From NCBI GenBank assembly GCA_016748015.1, contig JAAOMT010000009.1:452459-516458 (forward strand): a stretch of DNA of 64,000 bases, in the 5' to 3' direction. The notes under the pieces are model-generated. The model did no database searches. It was not told the origin of the DNA and saw only the letters and a list, made by a program, of their open reading frames with translations. The position numbers and the translations under genes are program-made. Shown here piece after piece: positions 1 through 13,449 of the stretch. Position 1 is the first letter of the stretch. Each line of letters begins with the position of its first letter. This stretch comes from Geosiphon pyriformis uo1. Lineage: Eukaryota > Fungi > Glomeromycota.

Positions 1-3000
1 ATGCTTGGCCTCATTGAAATGCTCACTTGAGCTTCTTTTTGACTGGGTGTCCACTATTGTTAGATGTCTTGATAGTACTGAATTGGTGTCTTTGGTGTCT
101 TCCTCTTTTGTTTCTTCTCCTAATGCTTCTGTATCTTTGGCTTCGGGTTTAGGCTCAGATATGGTTTTGGATGGCACTTCAATACTGTCTGCTCCCTCTT
201 CTTCTACTGTTGATGTTGATGTACATGTTCTCAGTTCTAGTAGCTCCAGAATTCCCACTGGCAAAGTGGGTGGCTTGGAGTCTAAGTTGGCATCTTTGGA
301 GACTTCTATTGATTTAGTGTTAACACGTTTGGATGGCTTGTGCTCTAGTTTGAATGCTCCTTTGTATTCTCTTTCCAAATGAATAACCTAGTTTGGAAGT
401 TCGCTATGTGTAATGTTCAGGGTCTCAATGTTCCAGCCAAATGGGCAGACATTGTTTGTTAACATGTAAGCTTTGGAAGTATGGTTTTTTTTGTTACTGA
501 GATGAAGTTGAGGCCTTCCTCTGGACCATAGATCAAGGATGAATTTGAGGGGGTCCAGATTTTTACTTCTGGTTTGGATGTTGGTTATCTCAGTACTAGT
601 GTTGCTGTGATTATAAACAATTCTTTGGCTCACCATGTTTCTAAGGTTGAGGTGGTCTCTGGTCATGTTATCTTGGTGCATCTTCTGTTCAAGAGCAAGC
701 TTTCAGTGACTGTGCTTGGTTTGTATGCTGGTGCCTCTTCTAGCATTCGTTTTGGACAGGCATTTAAGGTTAATTCTCTTATTGCTAAGGCTGTTAATAC
801 CAGCAATTTTGTTGTTTTGAGTGAGGATTTTAATGAAAATGGGTCTGGGAAGAGCGTGAGTTTCAGGTTTTGTCTGGGTTTTGGTCTGGTCAATTCATTT
901 GCCAGTCATCAGTTGGCATTGGCTCCTACGTGGTGCAACTTGAGAGGGATCAAAAAGACTATTGATTATATTTTAGTTAGTGAAAGTCTGTTATTCACTG
1001 TTGCTATGCATTGGGTTGAGTCAGTTTCAGATTTTTTTGACACGGATCATAGTGCTGTCATGGTGTTAGTAGGTCTGGGTGGGCTTTTGGATGTTCAATT
1101 AAATAGCTTGCACAGGCAGACTAACAAAGATTGTTAGAAGTTCAAGATTAAGGATGTAGATGTGTTCAAGTGGGATAAGTTTAGGGATTGTGTTTTGGTA
1201 AGGCTTTTGTTGGTCAAAGGCATCTTTGCTGATGTCAAAGCTGGTGGTAATTTGGATACTATGTGGGCAATTTTGGAAAAGGAGATGGTTGAGTCTGCTG
1301 ATAAAATTTTTTCCAGACTGTGGTTTAGCAAATTTTATTGCTTTAGGAACAAACATTTTTCAAAGTTCTTTGGATTGGGGTTGCTCATTGTAAAGATTCT
1401 TGGTGTGGTCCACTCTGGCAACATGCTTGAAGTTGTCTGTCTCATAAAAAAATGGTCCACTTTGGATGAGGACAAAGCTTGCGCATTCTCTAATTTGGTT
1501 AGATTGGATGAGGATAGTGGGATTCTTCTTAAGCATCTGTTTTTGTTTTGCAAGGAATACAGAAAATCAAAAATGTTTGAATCGAGACTAGCTGAGGAGG
1601 CTTTTGTTAAAAAGGCTATAGAAAAATGCATGGAAAGTTTCACTTTCAATAAAAAGTGCATGATCAAAAGTATTTTGGATCGGCCTTTTTGCAAGGTGGT
1701 ACTTGATCATTTGGTGGTTGATAAAAGCTTGGTTTTGGTATCTGCGGAGGTGAAGTCTAAAATAGATAAGATTATGGCAGGATAGACAAGGAAGCAAGTG
1801 ATACCTATGGTGATGTCTGATCTTTGGGCTTGCCAATATGTGCTTTTAGATTATGTGTGGAACAATGCTTTTTCTGAGGTAATATGTGAAATCAGTTTGG
1901 ATGAGCTGCTCTCAGTGGTTAATGATCTTCCTGATGACAAGGCTGCTGATTTGTCTGGCATTCCTAATGAATTGTGGAAACATAGTGGTGATATGGTATT
2001 GAGTTGCCTTCTGGAGCTGTTGAATACATGTGTAGTTGTTGGTAAGATGCCTACTTTGTGGAGGAGGGTGTGGTGTCAATGATTCTAAAGCCTTATGACT
2101 GGAATGGGATTCTTATAAACACTCAGTTTATTGTGTTAATTGAGACTGCTAGGAAGATTCTTTCTGACAAAATTTCGTTTGCTTGCAGCAAGTTTGGTGT
2201 TCTTTGTGGTAATAATTTCTCTGTTTTAAAGGGTACGTCTACATAGTCTTCAGTTTTTGCTGTCGGCTCAGTGGTTAAGAATGCTTTGGAGAAGAATTGT
2301 GAACTTTGGCTGGTGTTATAAGATATGTGTAAAGCATATGACTCAGTTGGGTGGCATCACTTGGAAGTGAGCTTGAAACACATTAAGATGTGCAGCAAAT
2401 TTATTAGTTTCTTTAGAAACATACATAATGATAGAATTAATAGGGTTATGACAAATTTTGGTCTATTAGATGGTTATTGTGTACACGATAGTTTGGATCA
2501 AGGTGAGATCTTCTTCCCCCTTTTCTGGAAGATCTTTTATGATCCACTTTTGTGTAAGGTTAAAAGACATGAACATTTGTGTAGATACAGAATTGATACT
2601 AATTTTGTGGTAAAAACTGGCAGAATTGAGAATAGTGGTGTGATGTCATCCTTTTTTGCTGCTGGTGCTTTTGTGGATAATACGATTTGGGTGGGAGATT
2701 GCCAGACTTCCATGTAGTATGCTCTTAATATTGCCAGTGAATTTTTTTCAATCAATGATATTTCTATTAACAATGAGAAAATGGTGGCTATTCCGATCAA
2801 TCAGAGTGTCAAAATTGCTTCTTTGAGTATTAGTGGTCAGCTGATTTCTATAGTGAAAAAGGGTGAAGCTTACAGATACCTGGATATTTTTTTGTTGACT
2901 GAGGGGTTGTTCATACCTAGTTTGGCCAAGGTGCATTCAGATGTTCATTTTTTTGTCAATGTTGTACTTAAGAAAACTATTATGGACAAGCAGTATTCTT

Positions 3001-5190
3001 ATTTGATCTCTGTTGTTTTGCAGCCAATTGTTAGCTACAGAATGCAGTTTAGTTTTGTTTTTTTTGGTGTATGCTGCAAGTAAGATGTTTTGGTTAGGAA
3101 AGGCCTCAGGTCTAAGGCATGCTTGCTGCATGACTTCCCAAATGAGGCTTTGCATCATCCTTTTCTTTATGGCTTGAAGCTTTTTGACCAGGTACAATCT
3201 GAAAGTAAGGTGGCTACAGTAATATCTTTTTCAAATGCTCTGGGCATTCTTAGTCGGTTGTTTTTTTATTGCTTTTTGGATTTGCAGGTTCTTGGATAGA
3301 CACTTTTAAATCTGGTGCAGTTCTCTGTTAAGCTGCTCATTAGTCCTGTAAACAATTTTTTAGCTGGTGTGGTCAGAATTTTTTTGGATTGTGAGCTGTC
3401 TTTGGCAGGCTTTTTACCTAGTGCGTTTAGAAACCCTGGTAATTTTCTTATGTTTGAGATTTTGGGGAAATCTTTGTTTCTTAGTTGTGTTTGCTTTTTG
3501 AAGTGTTTTGGAGTGGCCTTTGGAGACAAACTCTTTGACAAGAAAGGTGCTGTGATGAATTGGAAAACTTTTTGTTGTTGGAAGAAACTTAATCCCAGAG
3601 GCTCTGTGTCTCACTGGTTCAATGTCACATCAAGGTTTTTGCTGAATAGGAGTTCAGTGCTGCCTGCTGCTGTTAAAGCTGGTAGTTTTTCAGGCTGTAG
3701 CATTTTGGATTCTGAACAGTTTGCTTTTGTGTGTAATGGTCTGCTCAAAGTTTGGTCTGGCTTTTTTGATGTTTATACTAATGGTTTGTTGAAATTTGCT
3801 GACTCCTCCAGTGTAATTAGCAGGGCCACTGCTTATTTTCCTGCTTTAGATTCAGGTGTTAGTATTGGCATTCATGGGCTTTTATCTTCAACTTTATTAG
3901 AATTGCAGGCTGTGGCTCTTGCTCTGAAATGCATTCCTCTCTCCTGTGCAGTGGTTTTGCATCTCAACAGCCAAGCTGCTATTAATGCGTATGTGTCCAA
4001 ATTAGCTTTTGCTGTTCCTGATTTTTGCAATCATTGTTGGATCGAGAGAAAATATATTGGCAATTTGATTAAGAATAGAGATCTTCCTGTGAGTTAGGTT
4101 AAGGTCAAGGGTCATTCTGGAGTTTCTGGTAATGATAGAACTGATATGCTGGCTGGTGAAGCGGCTGGCTCTTCTTTTTCTTTGCTGGCTAGGGTTCATG
4201 AGTGTTTTTTGGTGGCTGAGGGTACTACAATTTCAGGTAACGCTCATCACTTTGTCAGAGATATTTATAGATCTATTTGTTGTGCTTATTAAGAAGCTGG
4301 TCCAGGTCATGATGTGGTTCCAGTTGCTTCGTTGCAGAGTTTTGATTGGATTGCTTCCACACAGGTTTGGCATCCCAACTTGCACATGCTTGTTGGATTT
4401 ACCAGCTGTAAGTCTGTGATTCTTCGCACATACTTAATAAAGACTATACACAAAAGGCTGCTGGTGGCTGTCTGCAAAAGGTTATATGATAAAAGTTATC
4501 CTAGTATGCAGTGTTTGTTTTGTAGCAAGGTGGAATTGCCAGACCACGTCTTTACCTATTCATAAGATGTTTATACTCAGAGGGACATTTTGTCGGAGGC
4601 ATCTGTGCACTGGATTTTTCTGACTGGTGCTTGTAACCCATTTTCTTCCTCTGTCTTGAGGACTCTTGATCTTTATCATTCAGATGTCAGCTTATATTCA
4701 GTTATGTGTAAAGGGTTTGTGCTTAAGAATTGGTGTGCAAAGGCAGTTGGCATTTTTGGTGATGTTAAGAGTGCTACTAGTGTGGTGGTTGACTTTGTAA
4801 GATATTTGGTTGAGTTGTATCAATCCAAGGTGTAGTTGACAAGGTCTAAATTTAGAGTGAATATGGAGAGGGTAGGCTTAGTTGGTGATAATGATTTGGT
4901 GGTAGGTCTTTGGTATTGTGGGTTTTCTATGCTTTCAGATGGAGTGGTCAGGTTGCTTGATATTATAGAGTCTTTTGCTATAAGTTTTGGCCATCACAGG
5001 CCTTGTTCTTTTTTTTCTGGTTTGGATAGTAATCCACATGTTGTTTTAGGTGTGTAGTATTGTCTTGTCTGGCCCGAGTGGCTAGCCACATGTAGAAAGT
5101 ACATGAATTACACTTAGTTTGAACCACTTAGTTTGGTTCTATGTATTAGGTAGCAGTTGGGTTTCACTTGTTAAATTGTTTTAATAAAAA
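1..5190 (+). mobile_element. LINE (non-LTR retrotransposon) copy 1, 5' end outside window, decayed
   Basis: ORF1 tail 5-382, then ORF2 fragments: APE (LVWKFAMCNVQG, DFN, IDYI, TDH), RT (KAYDSV, QG..P, AFVD[D/N]T), RNase H (ELQAVALAL, KVKGHSG..GN..D), C-terminal CxxC..H finger; 3' UTR and A-rich tail near 5185. Confidence 0.93.
379..5057 (+). pseudogene. LINE ORF2 (APE-RT-RNase H-zinc finger), many premature stops
   Basis: ATG at 379 overlaps ORF1 TGA (380-382); ORF-track fragments 574-5057 are colinear domains separated by TAA/TAG/TGA stops. Confidence 0.9.
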
Positions 5191-6222
5191 AATAATAATT
5201 TAAAAAAAATTTTATAATTCTTTTTTATATAGAATAAAAAACATAAAAATTTGTATAATTATTAAATTAATGCTAAGTTTATTATTAAAACTAATAAAAT
5301 TAAAAATCAAACTAAATTAATATTATATTTGATAATTAAAACTTTTGTAAATAATACAATATAAATAAAAAATAATTAAGCTATTACTTAATATATTCTA
5401 AATATTATAAATAAATTTTTATAATTAATAATATTTTGCAAAACAAATAAATTTTATAAGTATTTAAGTATTTTTTTGTTAATAAATAATTTGTTTAAAC
5501 TTAATTTAATAAAAGCTTATTTAAATATCAAGTTTTTTTCTAATATAATTTTAAGAAAAACAATTTTAAATAAATTTTTTTTTATTTGGTCTTAGTTATA
5601 TTATAATTTATTAGTTTTTTTATTATTATTATTTAATAAGTGAGGTTTAAACACTATCTAGTGCTATATATCAAAGAAATGATCTTAACTAAGCATGAAT
5701 TATGTACTTTCTACATATAACCAGCCATTTAGACCAACCAGAACAACACTATACAGCTATATAAACTAAGTCTAAGTTACCTATACCTGAAAAAAATAAA
5801 CAAGATTTGCAGAACTCAAAACAAACACCAAAAGCTTCAAAGATGCCAAGCAATTTGACCACACCAGCAGAAAACCCTGATGCCAAATCAGAAACTGACA
5901 TAAGAGCCAAACTATCTAATAGAATCAATTTGGCCTTCTCTATATAGGCACAATATTTAGCACAAACCATCCAAATATTATCCCTAAAGGCAAGACCAAG
6001 AGAGCACACAAATTTGACAACCTCTGAACCAACAATCTTGGTATTGTGGAAAATAAAAACAGCTTTGTGAAACCAACTATCAAAAACAAAACTCTTATAA
6101 AGAGCCATGAATACAGAAAAATCAAAAACACAAGATGACAACAGTTAAGCATACTTGAAGAGAAGTAAGAAAAACCAAAAAAAGCCTTCCAAGAAGCCAC
6201 ATGAAAGTCCAATATTCGATGT

Positions 6223-7089
6223 TGTTACTCATAAAAAGAAAACAGATATAGAAAAATAGTAGATCAATAAGAGAGTAGTAGTTAGTACATGAGCATATTG
6301 TTCAGCAATGTGGAGCAATATCAGAAATCATGGCACATTACTTAGCAATATGGAGCAATGTCAAGAAAATATGGCATATTGCTCAGCAATGTAAGCATTA
6401 CTTGAGAAATTATAGCACATTGCTCAAGAATGTGAGCAATCTCATAGAACCCAAATTATGTATATATAGTAGTAGCATTAGAAGTAAAAAAGACAAACCT
6501 CTCAGTTTAGATTTCATCTAAGCAATCTTCCAATTCACAAATATCAATAAATAATTATTCTTTATCTTAAATCCACTTTCCACTATCAACACTTTATGTT
6601 GATAGTAATTGATGCTTAACCACACTAAAACAATAGCTCTTGATTACAGCTATTAATGGGATACTAACTTGCAATTGCTTTTGTTTATTTTCTTTTATTT
6701 TCTTTTATTTTTTTGTTTTACTAATTGATTGAAGATTAAGCACTGAGTTATTGATATCAAGGATAGCCTGGTAAAAGACCCCAAAGGAAGGGTATAGAAT
6801 TTATATATATTAATGGATAGCTTATCAGAAGGGCATCTCTGCCAGATTACCAGTCATCATGCTAAGAAAGAAATTTGATGGAATTGTGATTCCGGGAGGC
6901 TACTAAAAAGACAACAATTGAATTTCTGTTCATTATACAAAAAACTCAACAATAAAACCTTCAGATAAACCACACTGTCAGATAATAACAACATACTAAC
7001 ATTACCAACACCATCCACTAAATTAGTTACTGAGCACCAAGTTATGAGTTTGTTATTTGATTTGAGACTCCAAATAATCACCTATAACA
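6223..7089 (+). repeat. 5' LTR of element A (867 bp)
   Basis: Direct repeat of 16373-17228; TATA-like TATGTATATATAG and AATAAA inside. Confidence 0.95.
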
Positions 7090-7091
7090 TT

Positions 7092-7108
7092 TGGTGCTCT
7101 CTGTAAAG
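7092..7108 (+). promoter_or_regulatory. Primer-binding site TGGTGCTC(C)CTG.. (also 20086 and 24095); candidate elongator tRNA-Met, identity unconfirmed
   Basis: Starts TGG two nt after the LTR CA end in all three elements; complementary to a tRNA ending ...GGGAGCACCA. Confidence 0.8.
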
Positions 7109-7151
7109 TATAATCCTATAGAGAATCAGCACCAACAACAATCATCCAAAA

Positions 7152-10100
7152 GTGGCAGAATCAGAAAACATAGGAGCAAACCATTTAAGATTTGCTAAAT
7201 TCTTGTTTCAATAGTACAGCCAACAATTAGGACTAAACAATAACCACTTTCTAGCGAAATCCACCTTTAACTTCTATATTAACAATAAAATCACAGACTG
7301 TTTAGGAGGAACAATTAAAATTGAATCCACAAGAGAAAATTTTTATACAGAATTATTTCAACATACTAGCTTATCAAGAAACTACAGTTTTGCACCAATC
7401 ATTAGAAAAATCAATCAAACCATTGAAAAATACACACAACAACAATTCCCCATCACCTATGCAGACAAAGGCAAAGGAAGGTTGCAAACACCAGCAGTAA
7501 CACCAAAACAAATACAATTAATTACTTAGAAAAAAACCAGAGTTGAATCACCAACCAATCCATTATACTATTACACACCAGAAAGTGCCATCAACATTTC
7601 ATTAACAGATGTATTCACATTACACACAACATCAACATTTGGCCAACTCTTATTTCAAAGTAAACAAAAGAAAGCAGAGTTACTAAGAACTTACAGTGAC
7701 TACTTTGAGAGATTTAAATCATGATCCCCAACGCCATCAGAATTCTGATTACCACCACTTCAACCAGGTTTTGGAAATGCAAGTCCTTGGAAGATAACAG
7801 AATCAGAAGAGAAGGAAAAAAAAGAAGCTAAAAATCAAAAATTTACTTACTAAAACCCAATTTCAGAGAATCCGAATATCAGAACCCCAAACTTTCAGAC
7901 TCAGCAAGATTCAAAGTAAAAAAATCCGGAAATTAGAACTCCAAACTTTCAAACTCCTCAAAATTTAAACAATACAAAACCCAAAACAATTAATTAGCAA
8001 AACTTATCTCTAGTAATCATCATCAATCAACCACTAATTGTACCAATATTAGAACCAATCCCACAGCCGCCTCTTCAGCAATCTATTCAACCATCACTTC
8101 AACAAACCCCAACAGCTGCTACAACAGCCATAACAACAACTGCAACCACCACAACAACAATTGAACTTAGATCCAATAGCCTACATTCTAATAACGAAAC
8201 TAGAAAAGTTCACAGGTAAAGAAGACGATGCCCAAATATGACTCAACAATGTTGAAAAAGCCATCACGGCCAATGGATGGAACAATGTGAGAGCCCTCTA
8301 AGCCATCCCTTATTTTCTCCAGGATATTGCCAATTTATGATATTAAAGCCTAGCCAACAAACCCCAAGATTTCAATGCATTCAAGCTTGCATTTTTACAA
8401 TACTTTAGTAATAATAATAGCATCAATTGATTGGCAAACACTTTTACCACTATCAAGCAAAGAGAAAATGAAGCAGTCACTACCTACTTAAGACACTTCC
8501 ACAGAAATCTGCACCAAATACAAGCAATCCAAGCTGATTATTTCACAGCACCACAAATCCTAAATCAGTTTATCAGAGACTTGTACAGTAGCATCCTCTA
8601 ATGCATACATTTAATGCATCCAGCAGATCTTTAAGCCGCAGTTACTAATGCCAGAGATTTTGAAGCAGCCAAACTTAAAGCTAACTATGCCCAAGCTGTA
8701 AATCTAATGATAAATGGATCATCTAAATTGGATTCCAAATTGAAACAATTCAGTAACTCCATTAACCAGAAGCTTGAAGGGTACTTAGCTAACAATTGTG
8801 CAATTTATTAACCATCTCAATGATGCAATAATTTAAGAATCACAAATTATCCACAAAATCAGTCATGTTCCTCATCATTATCCAATCAGCCATGGCAGCA
8901 AGAGATGCATATCTGCCACTACTGTGATAAACAAGGACATTTGAGAATCAATTGTTGGTCAAGAATAGAAAACCAATAATCAGGAAATTAATATCAAAAC
9001 TCCAAATGCCAGTTTCCAATTCCGAGTTACCAATCCAACCCAGCACCATATCAATCAACTTACCTGCCAATGATACAACAACCAATATATCAACTATCCA
9101 TATATTAGCCTCCAGTTTATCAACTGCAAACACCAATAATATATCAACCACCATACCCACAAATATTTATTAGACACCCGTAGTTTAAACACCACTATTA
9201 AACCCAGCTCAAATGACATTAGGAAACCCTAGATCAAAAGTTACTTAAAACTGGAGATCAACAATGGTTGTTCACCAACTGATTCCCAGTTCATCCAACC
9301 AGTTGTCTGGATTACAACAGTAGAGTTCAGGAACCAGATATACTTAAAACCTGAGTTCTCAGAACTATTTAAGTCTCCTGGTTACCCCAGAAGATGCCCA
9401 ACCCAATAATCTGGAAACTAATTAACAAACAACACTTATCAGCAACATTCCACTAGCTATCATCACCAAGAACAAATTACTGGACACTATTTTTCCATTT
9501 GAACTCAAAGAACTGTCAGCCATGCTGTTATTTAGTGGAGCTGCTCTCGAAGAAAAACCTATCACTACCATGTACACTGATGCCAAAGTTGATGGCCATT
9601 CAATCAAACTAATCTTAAACAGTGGATCAGCCAGCAGCATCATCACAAGACAACTTATAAACCAATTAGGTTGCCGAGTTGATCAAGCTGTCAGTGCACA
9701 AATCATTATGGCTGATGGAGCAACCAAAACTCCGATCAGTAAGATTGATGACTTCCCTATAAAAGTCAATAGTATTATCATGTCAATCAAAGTATTAATT
9801 ATGGAAGCCACTCAATATCAAGCACTCATTGGCAATAACTGGCTGTCCAAAATCAATGCAACACTTGATTGGAACATGCAAAAGCTCCAACTCAGCCAGA
9901 ATGGTTGACACACATGAGTACCAGCCACATGTGGCCATTTCAAAACCACCAACACACCAGCATCTCTTATCGAGTTCGAGAAAGAAGAGAAGAAACCTAC
10001 CTGGGAAGTTTATCAAGTGTTCTGGGCCAATAAAGACCACAATAAGTTGCCACTAATACTCTCTTGGGACAACAACAACAAAAGAAAGCAGAAAAAAAAA

Positions 10101-13100
10101 CTTACCTAAAACCCCGACCAAGACTGAGAAACCAACAATAACTCAAATGAACTACCAACTTGGGAATGGAAAGAAATCAACAAAAGAAAAAGAAAAAAGA
10201 AGGAAGAAGATATAACTGAAGGAACCACCACCACAGAAGAAATAACTAGTGGCTAAAAAAGAAAATACTCATGGGAACCAATCAAAGAGCCACCATATAT
10301 ATCTCTTAAATGCAAAGACTATGGAAAGAAACTTTCTTCCATAAGAGCTTGAGTTGTGCCAGACAAAGATTACTGGACGTGAACCCATTATTATTGCAAG
10401 TCTTGTTACCGTGAACGCTATGGCTATCCAAAAAAACAAAGCAAGTAGGACAACAAACCATGTCTCATTTGCAGTGAACAACTACTAGACGAAGGAATGT
10501 GGAACAACATTCCTAGATGAGGATGAACGTGCAACACTTTATGCCAATACACAATCCTTATTAGTAATTGGGTGAGTCATGGTATACCAATAACTGCTGC
10601 CTGGCACTATGCGATATCTTGCTTGAACAGTTACCCACATGACAAAGACAAGATTTGGTGGATGGCAAATGCCAAAGTAGAAGGTGTCATGTCTAGCAAA
10701 ATATTGGAAATCAAGAACAACTCTCTGGAGCCAGTCAACATTGTTCTAATTCTCAATCCAGATGCTTTTCTGGACCTGGAAGCAGGCCCAAAAGAATTCC
10801 ATGAACACTACCAAAATTTGGCACCAATAAAAGAGAAACAAGAGCAGCATTTAACCCAAATAAACACCTGACTATGTGACCATTGTTTGATCCCATGTGA
10901 CTTTCAATATTGTAATGAGTGTAATCTCATTTACAATCCACCACTATGCATGATCTACACAATTCCAGAGGAAAAACCAATCAGCAGCTGCATATCAGAA
11001 TCAGAATCAACTTTCAATCCCAATTCAAACTCTGACAACAATAATGACAAAAATAACAGTTCTAGCTCTGCTCAATATGGCAATAAAGATAACAATGATT
11101 TGAACTTCGATTCAAATCCCGAAACATACATTGCACTCTCTAATTTTACCAAGAAACAAGAACTCAAATAGTTCAGCAATAATAATGAAGGTATTATGCC
11201 AGAATACATGCATAATACTGATACAAGGTTTGATCTAAAATATTCAGAGAAATATCTCATCAAATTGGAACCACATTTGCACACTTGCATTGATCTAAAA
11301 ATAGCACTGAAAATTCCAGCAATGGCAATAATGCAACTAACATTCAGAAGTAATTTAGCAAAAAAAAGGATCAACATCAGAGGAAGAATAATTAACACAG
11401 GATATGTAGGAAATATTATTGTTATGCTACAAAATAACTCAAAAAAGGTCTACACTATAGATTCAAATAAAAAAATAGAACAGGTAATATTTCTATCTCT
11501 GGTTAAAATAGCCAAATTAGTATTAGTGAGAAACAGAGAAGAATTAGGGATCACAGCTAAAAAAATACAGAGATTTAGATTAACAGGTAGAATAGATGTA
11601 CCAGTTAATATAACAGAAGAAGAAGTTATTGACAAAGGAGAAATTATCTTAATCTGTCAATCAATTTCCATTCCACCATATGACCAGTATATGTTAGCCA
11701 TAAAAAGAGAAGTAAAGAATCAAGCTCAGTTGTTTGAAGCAGAAGTCACTATTTGTGAATCAGGAGAGATTGGACTCACTAATCTTTACATATTAGGCAA
11801 AAGTCCAAAAACATCAAAATTCCCATCTATAACAACACTGAAAATGTTGTAGAAATACCAGAAAAAACTATCATTGGCTATTTAACCACCAAAATTGAAG
11901 ACCAACGGCCAGACACCATTCCAGATTTTCCACAACTATGTGGATATATGGATATTACATCACAAACCATATATGGACAAGAAAAATGTTATCTGTTTCA
12001 ACCAAAACAATTAGAACAGATGAACATAGGGAACTTAAACCCACTTCAACGTATGTAACTTAAAATATTACTTAACAATTTCAATGATATTTTTGCCAGT
12101 GAAAACAAATTTGGCAGAATCAACATAATTCAGCATCAAATTAAGACTGGAGATGCAATGCCAATCAAACAACAAACACATAGAGTACTACCAGCCAGCC
12201 ATGAAATTATTTGTCAAGAAATTAACTGGATGCTTGACAGCAGATTAATTCAATCATTAATGAGCCCATGGTCATCACCAATGGTACTGGTCTATAAGAA
12301 GAATAGAAAAATCTGTTTTTGTGTGGACTACCGAAAACTGAATGGAGTAACTAAAGATGATAGGTATCCAACTCCAAAAATTCAAGAATTATTTGACACT
12401 TTTGGTGGGAAAAAATGGTTTTCAATATTAGATTTGAACAGTGGTTACTGGTAAGTAGTCATAAAACCAGAAGATAAGAAGAAAACAGCTTTCACAACAT
12501 AAGAAGGGAATTTTAAATTTAAAGTTATGCCATTTGGCTTGATAAATACACCAGCAATATTCCAATGGCTTTTGAAAATTGTCTACACTAGATTACTGTG
12601 GAAATTAGTAGTTGTTTACTTAAATAACACAAATGTATTCTCAAAAACATTCGATGATCATCTTTACCATCTCCAACAAGTATTTGAAAAACTCAGACAA
12701 GCAGAATTGAAACTGAATGCCAACAAATACTTCTTTGAAAAAATAGAACTAAAATTCTTGGGACATGTTGTGAGCAAAGATAGTATCAAAACAGATTCAG
12801 ACAAGATTGAAGTTGTCAAGAACTTTCCAGTACCAAACAATCTCACAGAATTAAGAGCATTCTTGGAATTTGCAGAGTATTATTGCCACTTTATCAAGAA
12901 CTTTTCTAAACTGGCCCAGCCACTTTATCATTTACAAACTAAGAATGTAAAGTATGAATGGACAGAAACTTAACAAAAAGCATTTGACACACTAAGAAGA
13001 AAGCTTATTCAAGCTCCAGTGTTGATGTATTCAGATTACAGCAAACCATTTATTATCACTATTGATGCATTGGATCAAGCATTGGAAGCAGTACTATTAC

Positions 13101-13420
13101 AAAAAAAACCAGATGAAAGAGAACATCCAGTAGCATATGCCAGCTGAAGCTTGAGTCCAGCTGAAAAAAACTATGAAACACCAGCATTAGAACACTTAGC
13201 AATTTATTGAACAGTCATAAAATAAAAAGAATACTTGAGCCAAAAGTTTGAAATATATATGGATCACAAAAAATTGACTTCAATCCAGAAGCAAAAATTT
13301 GGAGACAATTGCTATACCAGATGAAAAATAGAACTTTCACTATTTAATTATACAGTACATTATAAAAAGGGAAAAAACAATGAAAATGCTGATGGATTGT
13401 CACAAATGAGACAAATCTAA
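7152..13420 (+). pseudogene. Element A polyprotein Gag-PR-Cys-rich domain-dUTPase-RT-RNase H
   Basis: CCHC knuckle CHYCDKQGHLRINC about 8910; protease LIL(N/D)SGS about 9610; dUTPase about 11196-11600; RT (PWSSP, VDYRKLN, MPFGL); RNase H ending NADGLS..RQI*. Confidence 0.9.
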
Positions 13421-13449
13421 AACATTTCAACCCAAAAATATAACAAAAG

